Below are positions 25,801 through 37,530 of a stretch of 64,000 nt of DNA, piece by piece; position 1 is the stretch's first letter, and each line of letters opens with the position of its first letter. The notes below the pieces were generated by a model, which saw only the letters and a list, made by a program, of their open reading frames with translations, had not been told where the DNA came from and ran no database searches. This stretch comes from Vermamoeba vermiformis. Its lineage: Eukaryota. The position numbers and the translations under genes are program-made. The stretch covers positions 62,001 through 126,000 of the forward strand of contig JBEWZL010000163.1 of assembly GCA_045837725.1 (NCBI GenBank), read 5' to 3'.

Positions 25801-27887
25801 ATCGCATTGAGCTTCGATTTGAGTCACATCAAGTCTTACTTCGCTCGCATTCACCGTACGTCAATATGTCTTCGAGTAACATCAACTCACCAATCAATTT
25901 TAGAACTTGCGCTCGTGCTGCCTGTTGCAGCCACTGAGGGTCAATTCTCTGACAGCCAGTTGCACATTCATGTGTCGTCGATTGGCGGCTATGTTTGGGA
26001 TGAAAACACAGCTACCTATGTGCGTAGAGCGGATAAACAACAGATTTTAAGTGCGTGACTAACAAATATTAGGCGTCTATGCTCTCCGTTAGCCCTCACG
26101 AGAACAGCGACAGACTGCAAGTCGGCGAGATTTCGCTTCCTGACGCGACCAACTACGTTCAGATCGATCTCGATCGTGCGTTGATTGTGCTGAACGAGAA
26201 TCAAACCAAGGTCAACTTGCTCATCCACGCCTCTGAAGGTGCTGATGCTGCGAGGCTCACCATCTTCTCCAAAGAGTCTAAGGCTAACAAAGCAGCTCGC
26301 TTGATCATTGAGTTCGAGCGTCCTCCTGAATTGACGTGCCAACAGTTCCCCGTCAGAAATTCCGAGTTTGGCGCTGTCACGTGGTTGACAGGCGACTTGT
26401 GCTTGCCTGCCTGTCACGCCACATCTGCTGGCTTAATCTGTGATCCTACAGTCTCTTTTACGCCAGCCAACGATCACAAGAACTTGATGCCCTTGTTCTC
26501 TTCGGAGAGCAGCATTGAAGGCGGTGCTTTGCGCTTCGTCCTCAAACTGCCCCTTAGCGTCTTGCCCTTGGACGACTCTGTAAGCTTCAAGTTCAAGCTT
26601 GGCAACGAAGAGCGTGCCTCTGCCGTGTACGCTTATCCTGGTGTCTTGTGGACTACACGCGTTGTAAATGCCACTGAGACTGACCTTGGTGAAACGCAAT
26701 GGATCCTCGAAGTGCCTTGGAAGCTGGCACTCACTGCTGGCTGGTCCGAACTGGTCGACAAGAAGTACAACCGACACGTGTGGAGCACCAATCTGACTAT
26801 CTTGATTGACGACGAATATGTCTGGCGCTATCCCGTGGAAGTGCAAGTGCCTGAAGTGCCGCAACTGGGCACGGTCTTCTCCACCAACTCTGCTAGCAAT
26901 CGTGTGTTCAACAGCACTAGTTCGAACTCAACGACTGGCATCAGTCTTGACACTCCCTACATTGACTTTGTGCAATTGAAGCTGGTCGTGCCAATCATCA
27001 GCGTCAATACCAATTCGAGCCTGTTGGAGATCATGAACTCGACTATTAGCGCTGAATGGTCGCTGGTCGATGACACCGATTACAGCTCTTGCGCCAACAC
27101 GACAACTTGCACTCAGACCTTCAATTTGTTGATCCCATTAGAACAAGAGCTGCCTTCGATCAATCACACTGTTGTTGTCATTGACTTTGAGGCCTCGTCA
27201 TGCCCTTCATGCAACAAGCGTCTCATCCCGTTCTCGATTGACTTCAACTTTGGTGCCAGCAACATCCGTTCGGTGGTTACATTGCACTGGGACTATGAAG
27301 GCAATGGCGAGGTGTTGAACACAAATCTCGAACCTGAATCAGTGTTCACTATCTTCGAAAAGATCCTGGTCCACGTGCACGTCGATCAACTGCCCCTCAA
27401 TCGCAGCACGTTCGTGCAAGGTGTGCTCGATCAAACAGCATACGACAACTTGGCGCTAGTCATTGACAACACCGAGTACGTCCTCATTGAGCACGGTCAA
27501 GTCACAGCCACAGGCCAAGAACTGCAACTCCAACTCGTGTCACAGAGCGAGGCAGACGTTACCGTGTCACTCTCCTTCGCTAACTCCAATCTCATCGTCA
27601 ACAACGAGACACAAGCCACGATTGTCACGGGCGTATTCACCGATCAGCTGCATCAGCTCAACTTCACGCAGCGCACTTCATGGCCCGTGTACACAGCGCA
27701 CAACGTCACGCTGATCATTCCACCTAGTCCCGATGATGGAGTCGTCGCACCAGTTGGCACGGGCATCGACGTCATTCTGCCTGCTGTCATCATTCCTGGT
27801 GTGTTTTTGTTGCTTCTGCTTGCTTTCCTGATTTGGTTCGTTTTGATCGCTGCGGGTCAATGCAACCACTACTGCTTGCAATATTAA
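13835..27887 (+). CDS. Giant (about 4,000+ aa) type I surface protein/adhesin with bacterial-type DUF11/fimbrial-D2-like Ig repeats, a DNRLRE/CBM96-like domain and a C-terminal TM; about 20 introns
   Basis: Signal peptide MNRVNIFIFVALFSLVFLDACLG and contiguous S/T/V-rich exons joined by short GT-AG introns. Motifs GE....TVTLPEG and D(A)GD.I..T..V...AAY..VTD.L recur. TM VILPAVIIPGVFLLLLLAFLIWFVLIAAG. The exact 3' end is uncertain because an extra short exon is possible. Confidence 0.85.
16570..25350 (+). repeat. About nine degenerate two-domain protein repeats, period about 930 nt (about 310 aa)
   Basis: The A-domain signature (LAIGETA/LFLGEVA/MILGETA/VTFGETA..PEG) recurs near 17150, 18070, 19000, 19925, 20840, 21830, 22770, 23720 and 24680. 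Confidence 0.8.
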
Positions 27888-28610
27888 GCATTGTAAATTA
27901 ATAAAAAATAATAACCTTTTGTGCAACTTGGCTGAGACAATTATTTATTTTTAGTTTTTTATGCAGCTGATGTACACACTTCTCGGTAATTTACGTGGAC
28001 ATGAGTCGTAGAGTTCAAAAGAGAAAAACATAAAACAGCGCACGGTGGTAGCCAGAATCCTGCATCTGTCCGCGGACGAACTTGTTTTTTCTGAGACAAT
28101 TCCCAACAACAAACCAGTTTTAATTGTTACGAAAAATCTCGAATTTCTGTAAGACTCAGGCTAATTATTGGCGTGCAGATGGAGGTGGATTTAAATAGGG
28201 TAGTTGTAAAGCTCTGTAACGGAACGGTAATAGTGTTAACAATACATTATAATTATCTGGAAATTAATCTTACAGTTGTTCAGGCGTACTGGTTGTGTGA
28301 CTGGGTGGATTGGGTGTCTAGAGCAGGGTCTCGCGTGTCAAAGTTGCTGGATCGAACCAGAATGGCCCCTCTAACAAGTGTACTGTAGGAAAATATCACA
28401 AGGTAGCTAGAGATGAACGTCCGCAGACAAGACAAAAATAGAAAATGTCCCTTTGCCCATCCGCGGACTGGCATCGTCTGCGGTTCCAATTGGCCTTGTC
28501 CATGGCTAAAAATTATTTAAAGCAGAAAAAATTGGTGCAGTGCAATTACAATTGTCTGAACAACGCCAGCCCTCTCACTTCACTTCCGAATCCAATACGT
28601 ACGACTCAAA

Positions 28611-29884
28611 ATGAATTCTGTTAGCTCCGGCAAGCAATCTATTAGGAGGGAAACTCACGGTACGTATTATCTTTGCTATTATATCAAGTGGTGAAGAGGC
28701 TGATGTCAGTTGTTGGCAGATCTTGCTGATGAGGTTCCATTGCCGGCTCAGGGAGCCAGTTCGGACGCACTATTCAATTTTAAACAAGACCTCTTCATTA
28801 AGTGCAAGGAGAGATGCCCCAAAACAATTGCTCAAGTTGACTGGACTCTTGTCGAAAAGTACAAAGACGACATCTACAAAATTTGGTCCGCGCAATGCTT
28901 GAAAGAAGACTGCGGTCGCTTGATTAAGCTTTGCTTTACGATTGTGCCGAGTGAAAAGATAGGGTAAGCAACTTGCATATTGCCACGGTTAGAGACACAT
29001 TTTCTAACTTACTTCATAGGGACACTATCATTCTGACAATAAGAGAATACAACACGATTTTATTTATCATGGCTTGTATCCGAGTACAAAGCACGCACGG
29101 AAGACCAATGAAGAGGGCCACGCAACATCAGATCGAGCTGTCAAAGGAAAAGAAGAACCGAAGAAAGACGCGACTGATTGCGCAAGACATCGAAGAGCGC
29201 ATGGAGCACGAGTTGTTGGTGAACATTGGCAAGTACTGCAACGTCGACAAAGTAACTGCGAATGGAGAAGATTACGTGGAGATTAGCGACAAGCAGGGCC
29301 AACCCTACAGGCCCTTGTTTGAGGACCCCAACGAGTTCCTTGCGTTCATTGAGAAAAAGACACCCGAGAACAAACGCCAGGTTCAAAAACGTCCTCGAGA
29401 TCTCACGGACATTGACGCAGCAGGGACTCCAGAGTCAGAGAAGGATTCGGAGCAAGTTGCGCGCAAGTCACTCCGTGCAACAATCGACACGAGCACTCGA
29501 CAGGGCATGCTGCTTGCTCCTCCAGCCCCGTCTCAGTCACGATCTATTGCTCCTCCAACTCTGCCTCAATCACAACTTGCTACTCCTCCGCAGGCCACAC
29601 AAGCGATACCAGAGCCCGGTGAAGATGAGTTCGAATTTCCTGCGCTAGAACTGCTGACAGATGACGAGCTCCAGTACTTCACTAGTCACATGCAGGAGTT
29701 GAATGACAGCGTAGAGGACGGTGGCGCTGGATACCAACCCAACACAGGCCAATTGTACGACTTGGCATTGTTGCCGATCGAGCCTGATTTTCCTGATTAT
29801 GGAGCTGTTGACGATGGTGTTCAGGTGCCTACCTATGTCAACACTGAAGCACCCTTACATCAACAGTCAGTTGGTGCACAGTAA
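28611..29884 (+). CDS. Hypothetical protein with a basic segment and an acidic/Pro-rich C-terminus (possible nuclear regulator)
   Basis: ATG 28611 and short introns join ORFs 28710-28967 and 28973-29884. It has the basic patch KEKKNRRKTR and the acidic stretch EDEFEFPALELLTDDEL. Confidence 0.6.
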
Positions 29885-30007
29885 CTTAGCTCATCAGTTG
29901 CTGAGCCAATTTTGTTATCGGATTTGATGATTTTAAGTACGCATCAAGTTCTTTCTTTGTATTTAAATTTATTTTACATAACAAACTAGGTAGAGTCGGC
30001 ATTACCT

Positions 30008-33000
30008 TCATGTATTCTCCCGTTTATCTCGTTCTTCTTGCTCTTCAATTATTCTGTTCTTTTTGTTGCGACATTTCTCCAGCTTTAGTTCCAAGATCAA
30101 AGCCTTTTCCTTGATCTGGTTGTATTTCTGTCTTTTCTTCACCAGCTCTTCTTTTTCTTTGTCTGTTTCGTAGTCGAAGGAAGTACTTCCGCTCCAAGAT
30201 CGTTTTCGTTTTTCGTTCCATCTGCGACGGCCGAGCACTGGCGAGCTGGATGTATCGAGTCTCAGCAGTTCTGGCGTCTTGTCACTCATACTTCGTAGTC
30301 TCTTGCTAACTTTCTTCAATTTGCCTTCAAGCGCTCGGATTTTCCTTCGCATCTGCTTTTGCTTTGGTTTAAGTTGCGGATGTCGCTTGTAAACTTCGTC
30401 AACGGCGTCTAAACTAGCTCCCAATCGCTTTAATATTTCGATTGGATCTGCCAAGTCGCCGGCATACTTTTCAATATGCTCGTACATGACATGGCTGTTT
30501 TTCAGAATGAATGCACCACCGAGCTGCCTGAAGATCCGGATTAATTAGCTTGTTATTCAATTATCAATCCTGTAGATTCTTACAATATATCGCCTTGAAT
30601 AGGTCCTTGAGCATAACCTAATGAACGAGCTTCAGCGTTCAAAGCTTGAGTCTTGGCATTCAACACGCCTTTGATCCAGCCTCGCTGACATCGGAAATCG
30701 TCGTATAAATGCCTTGCTTCATCGACATATATCTCACCATCTATTTAAGAAAGCCGTTAGTATTAACCCAACAAATTCGAATTCAGAAACGGATCAAGAT
30801 CGCATGGCACAAACGCTTTGATATTGCGATCTTAGCGCTTCATTTTGCATAAATTGAGATCGTGGCCACTACCTACCGAATTTAAACTCGTCTTTAAATG
30901 CTTTGGCTTGAGCCCACGTACCGGTGCCGACTGCGACGAGTTTAACGCCTCTAACAGAAGAGATTAACACTCTATTCTATTCAAGTTATACTAGGGATAC
31001 TTACAGTCTATCTAGTTGTGTCTTAATCATCATTAACTCAGCTGCACTCTTGCGACAGATGATGCTGAAAAAACAGACTGAGTCAGATCGGTATTGTTTT
31101 GGCTAAAATAATGATAGAAATACTAGTATATGGAGGACTTACCATCCAAAGTGTCTTAAGAATACAAAAAGCACCGTTTGATTTGCGATGACCGAATCGA
31201 ATTCCACGATGGATCCGCTTGTCGTACCAATCTCTCGCTTTAAGACCCACGGTGGCAGTTCATATAGTCCTTCACTAATGAGACTATTAGGTACCTCCGC
31301 GTCTACCAGCAGCTCATCACTAATGTCTTCATCTTCGTCGTCCAGCACTTCATTGCTACCGCTGGATGTAAGCAGATCTTAAACGATGTCAGAGAGGCGG
31401 TAGGGTAATTGGATCCTTGGTATACGTACCTGAATTACTGCCTAAGTTCATGACGACTTTGCCCATCTCATAGAGCTCTTGTTCGCTCAGGATGGTACAT
31501 CCGCGTTGAAAGTTCAAAAAGTAGCGTTGAATATGAGGAATCTGCTCGAATTCGTAGGCCACGCTTTGATAGCCGGATACTTTCCATAAAATCTTGCCTA
31601 TATGCGAGATTTTATGCCAGTTAACGAGCTGACCATCTTCAAAGGTTTCAAGTTCTTCTAGATGCATCAGATCTCGCAAGATCAGCGCTAAAAACGTAAA
31701 TTAGTAATATTGCGCATCGAAACATATATTTCTTACCTATATACGGAATGCACGGAGCTGAAGCTGCTTCCAAAGCCTCTCGGTAGTATTTGAAGTTCAA
31801 GCGATGATCCATGAGTTTCTTAATCTCTTCGAGACTGCTAATGACCTCAATAGGCAGCGAGGGTAAGGATTTGTCGATTAGCTTCTGAATAGCAACGTTG
31901 TTCAAGGCCGAATAGAAGATCATGACGCCGTTGAAGTTATTTAAGCAGTATAGCTCGCGCATTATCATAATAAACTTGGCTATGCGCTGATCACGTTCCT
32001 CTGAGGTACTCATAACGATTTGAGTGCAGATCCAGCGTGAGCTCTAGCGTAAATTCAATTTAGTAAAGGCGGAGGAATTCTATTAAATTAATATAAACTA
32101 GGTTACGTACGTCGTTAAAGAATCCTACGAACTTTCCTAACGGCGTTTCGTTAGCGTCGGTCTCTTTCTCAAATTTCTTCTTTACGAGCACATCCAGGGG
32201 TATCGCCTGAAATTTCGAGAAGCAAACGAGAGTAAATTGCTCGGCTATATCACGTGCAGTGTCCTCGATGATGTCAAACTTGATTGAGCGAAGACTGCTA
32301 TACGAATTTAAGCTTCTTCTGCGGGATCTTATCGGGGAAGCTTCTTCTTTGCCAACGGTAGACTCGATCCGTCTGCGCAAGACCGAGCTCAAGTCTTTAT
32401 CGATTTCATTGCCCGCGGCTAATGTCTCCGCGAATTGCCGCACGAGAGCCAAGCATTCTGAGTCGAATTTACTTTTGGGCTTCAAATTTAAGATCTTGCT
32501 GAGCGTGTTGACAACCCTAGTTCAAAACTTTAGCTCGATGCTCGATGAGATTTAGGGCAAGAGATAAATTTAGCAACGGAAGTTTGCCTTAATTATAAAA
32601 CTTAAAAATCCGGATTTGAATTTTCAGCTCGTTTAGGCGTTTTAGGTAATTTACTGCTTTTGCAGCTTTGACGCACCTCAACTTTGTCGAATACTGTTCG
32701 CTTTCATCTGCATCGGTCGGCAACTCCGAGTAAAACTCAATTGTTCTCCGGATTAGATCCGAAGGTGTTACTAAGTAGTCAGATGCAAGCAGAAAGTAGT
32801 TCGCAAACATCGGATCTGTTAATAACATGTTATTATAGGACCTAATGAACACATTCATACCTTTTCTATTGTTATGCACGAGTTCGCTAAATAAATCTGA
32901 CAAGGTGGCAGTGTCGAGAGACTTCAATTTATTTCGTTCTTGAGGCTGCGATGCATATACTTGTGTAGCACCATGCCCCTTATCTTCACTCTACGAATAA

Positions 33001-33264
33001 TTAATAATTATTATTACTATCGAGTTTTCTTACGAAGTCTTCGCTGAGGATCTGCTTGACTTTTTTGCTCGAGAAAAGAGTGCCGAAGGAGTGTCGCTTT
33101 GATCGTTCGAACGTTGGTGATAAATTGTTGCTATTCGAACTGTCGGACAGCGTCCCGCTCTTATCAACAGCTTGATTTATTTCTTTATCTTCTTCGATCG
33201 GATGCAGTCCCGATCTGCTGTTCGACAGTTGTAATGTCGAAGGAGTTGGCTCTGTTGTGCTCAT
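30008..33264 (-). CDS. RasGEF (REM + CDC25) fused to a peroxiredoxin-like PRXL2/AhpC-TSA_2 domain and a C-terminal coiled coil
   Basis: CDC25 motifs DIAEQFTL, LNNFNGVMIFYSALN, NFKYYREAL..PCIPYI and LRDL. Intron 31378-31429 joins in frame to LFVFLRHFGC|IICRKSAAEL..GVKLVAVGTG..QGDILQLGGAFI..EHIEKYAGDLAD. Confidence 0.85.
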
Positions 33265-33872
33265 GTTTGTGCCTCGTGTAAAATAAACACATAGACCCCG
33301 CATTTGAGTTGAATTTATCGGTAACCACGTGCCGAACTTATTTTTAAACGTTTGAACGGCGGAATATCTCGCGATTAGATTTAAAAGTTTTTAACTTTAA
33401 TAGTCAAAGTAGGGTTTTCAACACCTATCAACGAATCTCCAACATAAATTCAATTTGTCACCAGATCCGCTCAAAAGCGACTGGTATAACTCCAAGTATA
33501 CTTCCACATTCAATTGCTCAAAAAATTAAAGGGAATAGTAATATTAGTTATAAACAACGTACCCGCTGCAACTTTTATCAAGTAACACGTGCTCAATGCC
33601 ATCACGTGATCCTATGAACGGTCAGGTGAGTAGTGAACAGAGTAGAAGATAAATTCTATCATATGATATAATTATCTATTTATCGCTACTAATTATAGCT
33701 ACGTACCTAATTTTAACACTTTGACTAAAGTTTGACCTTTGGATCCAACCGCTTCTAATTTTAGCAGCGGCGCTTCATCAATGCTTAAAATAGACGACCA
33801 ATTATCGTTGTGAATGTCTTTATAGGTATGCATGCCTAATTGAATGTCACAAATAAAAAGAGGTGCAGTGGC

Positions 33873-34836
33873 TTAAAATCCAAATTGAGCGAAATGAGCG
33901 CGCCAAAATTCAACGCGTGGCGTGTTGACGTTGAAATAATAGCCGTGGTAAGCGAGGAGCGATGACAAGAGTACGGCTGAGCCTAAATAGGAAGTGTTAA
34001 GGATATTCTCTTCATGAAAATAAATTGTTGCAAAGACTCGACGTACCGACTGCCATATAAAGAGAAAAGTTCTTGCTTTCAGTGAACGAGCGATGAATTC
34101 TGGTGTGCAAGAAGATGTCGCTTGCTCTCAATAGGCCATAAGTCACGTGATACAAGCCAAGGACACCGAGCAAGAAATAATACGGATAAAAGATTGAGCC
34201 GAAGTATTTCAAACCGTATCTGCATCCGAAATATAATTAGAACGGATATTGTAGCTATAATAATGGAGTCTTACGTAGTAAAGGCAAAGTCGGCTTGATA
34301 TTCAGGGCCGAAAAAATTCTGCTGATAACGTGTGGCTAGGATATGACCCACGATGACGGATGCCAAAAAGTATCTGCAAGAAAACAGGTCAGAATAGGAT
34401 ATGATTAGGTTGGTATTAATGTCTCGTACGTACCCTGACCATCTATGTATTTTTTGAGCCAAAGTTAAGCTTTTGTGCGCCTTTGGATCTTTCTCGCGTT
34501 TCCATCTGCGTGAAATGAGGATAGTATTTACAGTGAGATGCACGGCAATGCTCAAGAAAAATATGGTCTCGATAATAGTATTCTGATAGACGAGTCTGAT
34601 GAAATAATCAGTGTCAGCCCACATCTGAAAGTTTTTTCTTACCTCATCAAATGTCGTATTTCCGTGAATCTCTCGATGCCCAAGTGAGCTGAGGCGTGGT
34701 TAAGCAAGTGCATGATGGTGTATATACCAAATATACTGCCACTGGCAGCTGCGTATACCTGTTAGATTCGTTTCGCAACACGAGCGACACCAGACTTACC
34801 TTGAATTCTAACTAATAAGCTATTCGAAGCTTCCAT
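33873..34836 (-). CDS. Small polytopic membrane protein, Mcp1-TM-like, with conserved intramembrane His residues
   Basis: Spliced product YTIMHLLNH..VYQNTIIE..IAVHLTV..KIHRWSGYFLASVIVGHILATR..LGLYHVTYGL matches the pattern I recall for fungal Mcp1 and bacterial homologues. Confidence 0.65.
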
Positions 34837-35901
34837 TGAGTACTATAATACTATAGTATTGCTGAGATGTTGATACTTGTTGATTAAATTGATGTGAATT
34901 GATGCCAACAATCTTTCTGATTTTATCGCATCTGCCCTCCGTAACCCGTAACGCGGAGCGGAAGACTTACGAGCAATTTTGCCTAAAAATAGCACTTTGA
35001 ACTCACTGCGTATATTTGGTGAGGTGCCTAATCTTCTTCTCTGGAGGGTGCTTAAGAGCGAGCTTCATTTTTTGAATCCGCTCACTGAAGACGAACACCA
35101 AGAGACTTGCAACTAAAGACGATATTATTAGTATTAAAATGAATCGACGCATAAGAGGAGACTAAAGTGAATACTGTCAATCGCGCCGCTTCCGTCCGAT
35201 CAGAATTTTTTTGCAAGGTTCAGAATTAACCCAAATTTACAAAAATACTTACCAAAAATAGTAAATAATGCTACAGTATTAATGCCTAGCAATACAATGC
35301 CCAGACTTCGGACAAAAGTACTTCACAACGTGCCATCCAATCTGCATTGGCCGCTCGTGCAAGGACAGCCTAGTACTACCATCTCGAGTAATCAGGTAAT
35401 AATGATTGGTTCATTTAGTTATTACAACTTATTTCGCGGTTTGAGCACAGCTGCAGATGTGGCGTGCAGCTACGATTATAATCGCAAACTTTTCCTCCAA
35501 ACGTCGGCATAGATATAATATAAATATATAAATAAGATAACTGTAACTATAAGGCACTAGTTGTGTTCTTTATGAAGATAGTAACGAGACAAATATTTGA
35601 ATTGTTAATAAGGGGCAGGACTTCCACCAGGCCTACCGACAACATTAGCCGACGACGAACGCCAACAACTTGGTAAGTCTTTAACTAGACTTTAACTATT
35701 AGTGCAATTAATTAAAATTAGTCATTCCAAGGAGGACTGGCCCGCAACGGGACACGGAACGTGGCCGCTGTCAAAACGGTCATAAAACAAGCGACAACCG
35801 CGCATAAATATTATGAACAAGAATCTCTCGTGACGAGACGTCCCTTCGTTGCGAGTCAATACACGCATCAACTACAACAACAACTGCACATTAACGACGT
35901 C

Positions 35902-37405
35902 ATGTCCAGAAGTTTCAAAGTAAAGATTATTCGCGCTACTGACATCGAGGAAGCTCTCCCCGGGGATCCCTACGTTAAAGCATGGTTGGTGAGCGAGAAG
36001 GCTGATTCGAAGCCAGTGAAGCTTCACAAAACCCGAGCTGTTAAAGAAGTAAGGCAGATCAATGATCGTTGGTTTACAAAAATTACGGGAGAGACCACAA
36101 AAAAACCCTAAATATTTAAAGTTTGTAATTTGACTAATTTTACGTTACTTCACCCGAAATTATGTAATCATTTGATTATGAGGTACTTTGACCGCTAACA
36201 TTGTCACTAACGTGCCTTTAGACTGTAGATCCTGAATGGCACGAAGAATTTGAAGTCACTATTCCGGCCAGCGACAGGGAGTTATTTTACGACTATCCGA
36301 TCAAATTTGAAGTGTACGATAGAGACGTTCTCGGCAAGAGCCGTTGTAAGTGAGCTGATATGTGATTTCGCAACGGCTTTGCTGACAAAGCTTTTTAAAA
36401 AAAGTGAGCGGAGCTACATTCAATTTCGGCTATCATTGGACAGCAGCACTGCCCGTCAACGAAGAAATTCCAATTAGTAAGTTTTGTAGTGGATCTTATT
36501 AGGCTTAACTTTCCTGTTTTAGAGCTGCCTTTGGAGAAAAGAACGCTGTGCTTTAAAGGAGCGCTGTACATTAGCGTGACATTGACGAACAAAGGCCACT
36601 CTTCCTTCGAAGACCACGCTGCCTGCGACCTACCAGTGCCGCAAGACTTCCTGCGAGTGAGATTTAAGACTCCGTACACTTTGGGCACGGTGCTGCTCCC
36701 CAAGTACTTCCTTGCACAATCAAAGAAAGATGCAGCGGGCACAGGTATGTCGGTTACATTCTATCCTACGTTGATTAAGTAGTTGACACGGATTATCATT
36801 AATAATCCTTTTATCCGTTACGCAAATTCACCTAACGTTGTACTTCAGCGTATCCGTTGTACGCTACCAGCAAAACACTCGAAGGAGGCAACATGTCAAT
36901 CTTGCTCACTGAAGAAACATGCGCCTTGCACACCTTGAAAGAGGCGTCATCGAAAATCACAAGAGAAGTAGCCTTTGTTCTCGGTGTGTTGAAGGCAGAT
37001 AATGCTTGGCAGGCACGTCTCATACTTTAAAAAAGTCAATTACTAATGGTGGAATTATCGTAGTGGTGCGGCCCTACGGAAACATTTAAAATCGACGAGG
37101 AGAATAGCGGCTTGACAGTCAGCTACAGAACCACGAGCAACGAGGGAGAAGTGTTCACGACCAAGTACTTTTTCTATCTCTTGGGCACCAGACAGTTCTA
37201 CACGCTCACCTTCAATGTCACCAAAAAGCCTGTCGGTGCTGAAATGACACCTGAGCAGTGGGAAGCGTTTACGAAAGAGACAATTGCTGAGGCCAAGACG
37301 ACTATATTGAATGCAGTCATGGAGTCGTTGAAGCTGTATCCTATTGCCACCTACAACGCAGCTGAAGTCACCGCGCCGGATCGGGATCGAAGAATTGCTG
37401 AATAA
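35902..37405 (+). CDS. C2-domain protein with a C-terminal domain resembling the PsbP/Mog1 fold
   Basis: FKVKIIRATDIE..GDPYVKAW..HKTRAVKETVDPEWHEEF..FEVYDRDVLGK. The C-terminus reads YTLTFNV..EQWEAF..AVMESLKL. Confidence 0.75.
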
Positions 37406-37530
37406 AATTGATGTTGGCTATTTTTACTAGTACACGAACATATGCGTCAAGTATTATTTGCACCTATTGTCGGTTAAAGGATGTAGCTTTGGTTTGGTGC
37501 GAAAAAATTTATTTAATCAGAATACAAAAG

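Noticed and set aside
13835-27887. Bacterial contamination or chimeric assembly as the source of the adhesin gene
   Set aside because: It has many frame-restoring GT-AG introns of the same style as the neighbouring genes.
31139-31145. Possible selenocysteine (UGA) at the peroxiredoxin-like active site
   Set aside because: The split codon resolves to TG|C (Cys) with the acceptor at 31065, so no in-frame TGA is needed.
35270-35790. Possible small gene or spliced non-coding RNA between the Mcp1-like and C2 genes
   Set aside because: Splice-like signals exist, but I could not build a convincing ORF or recognise any motif.
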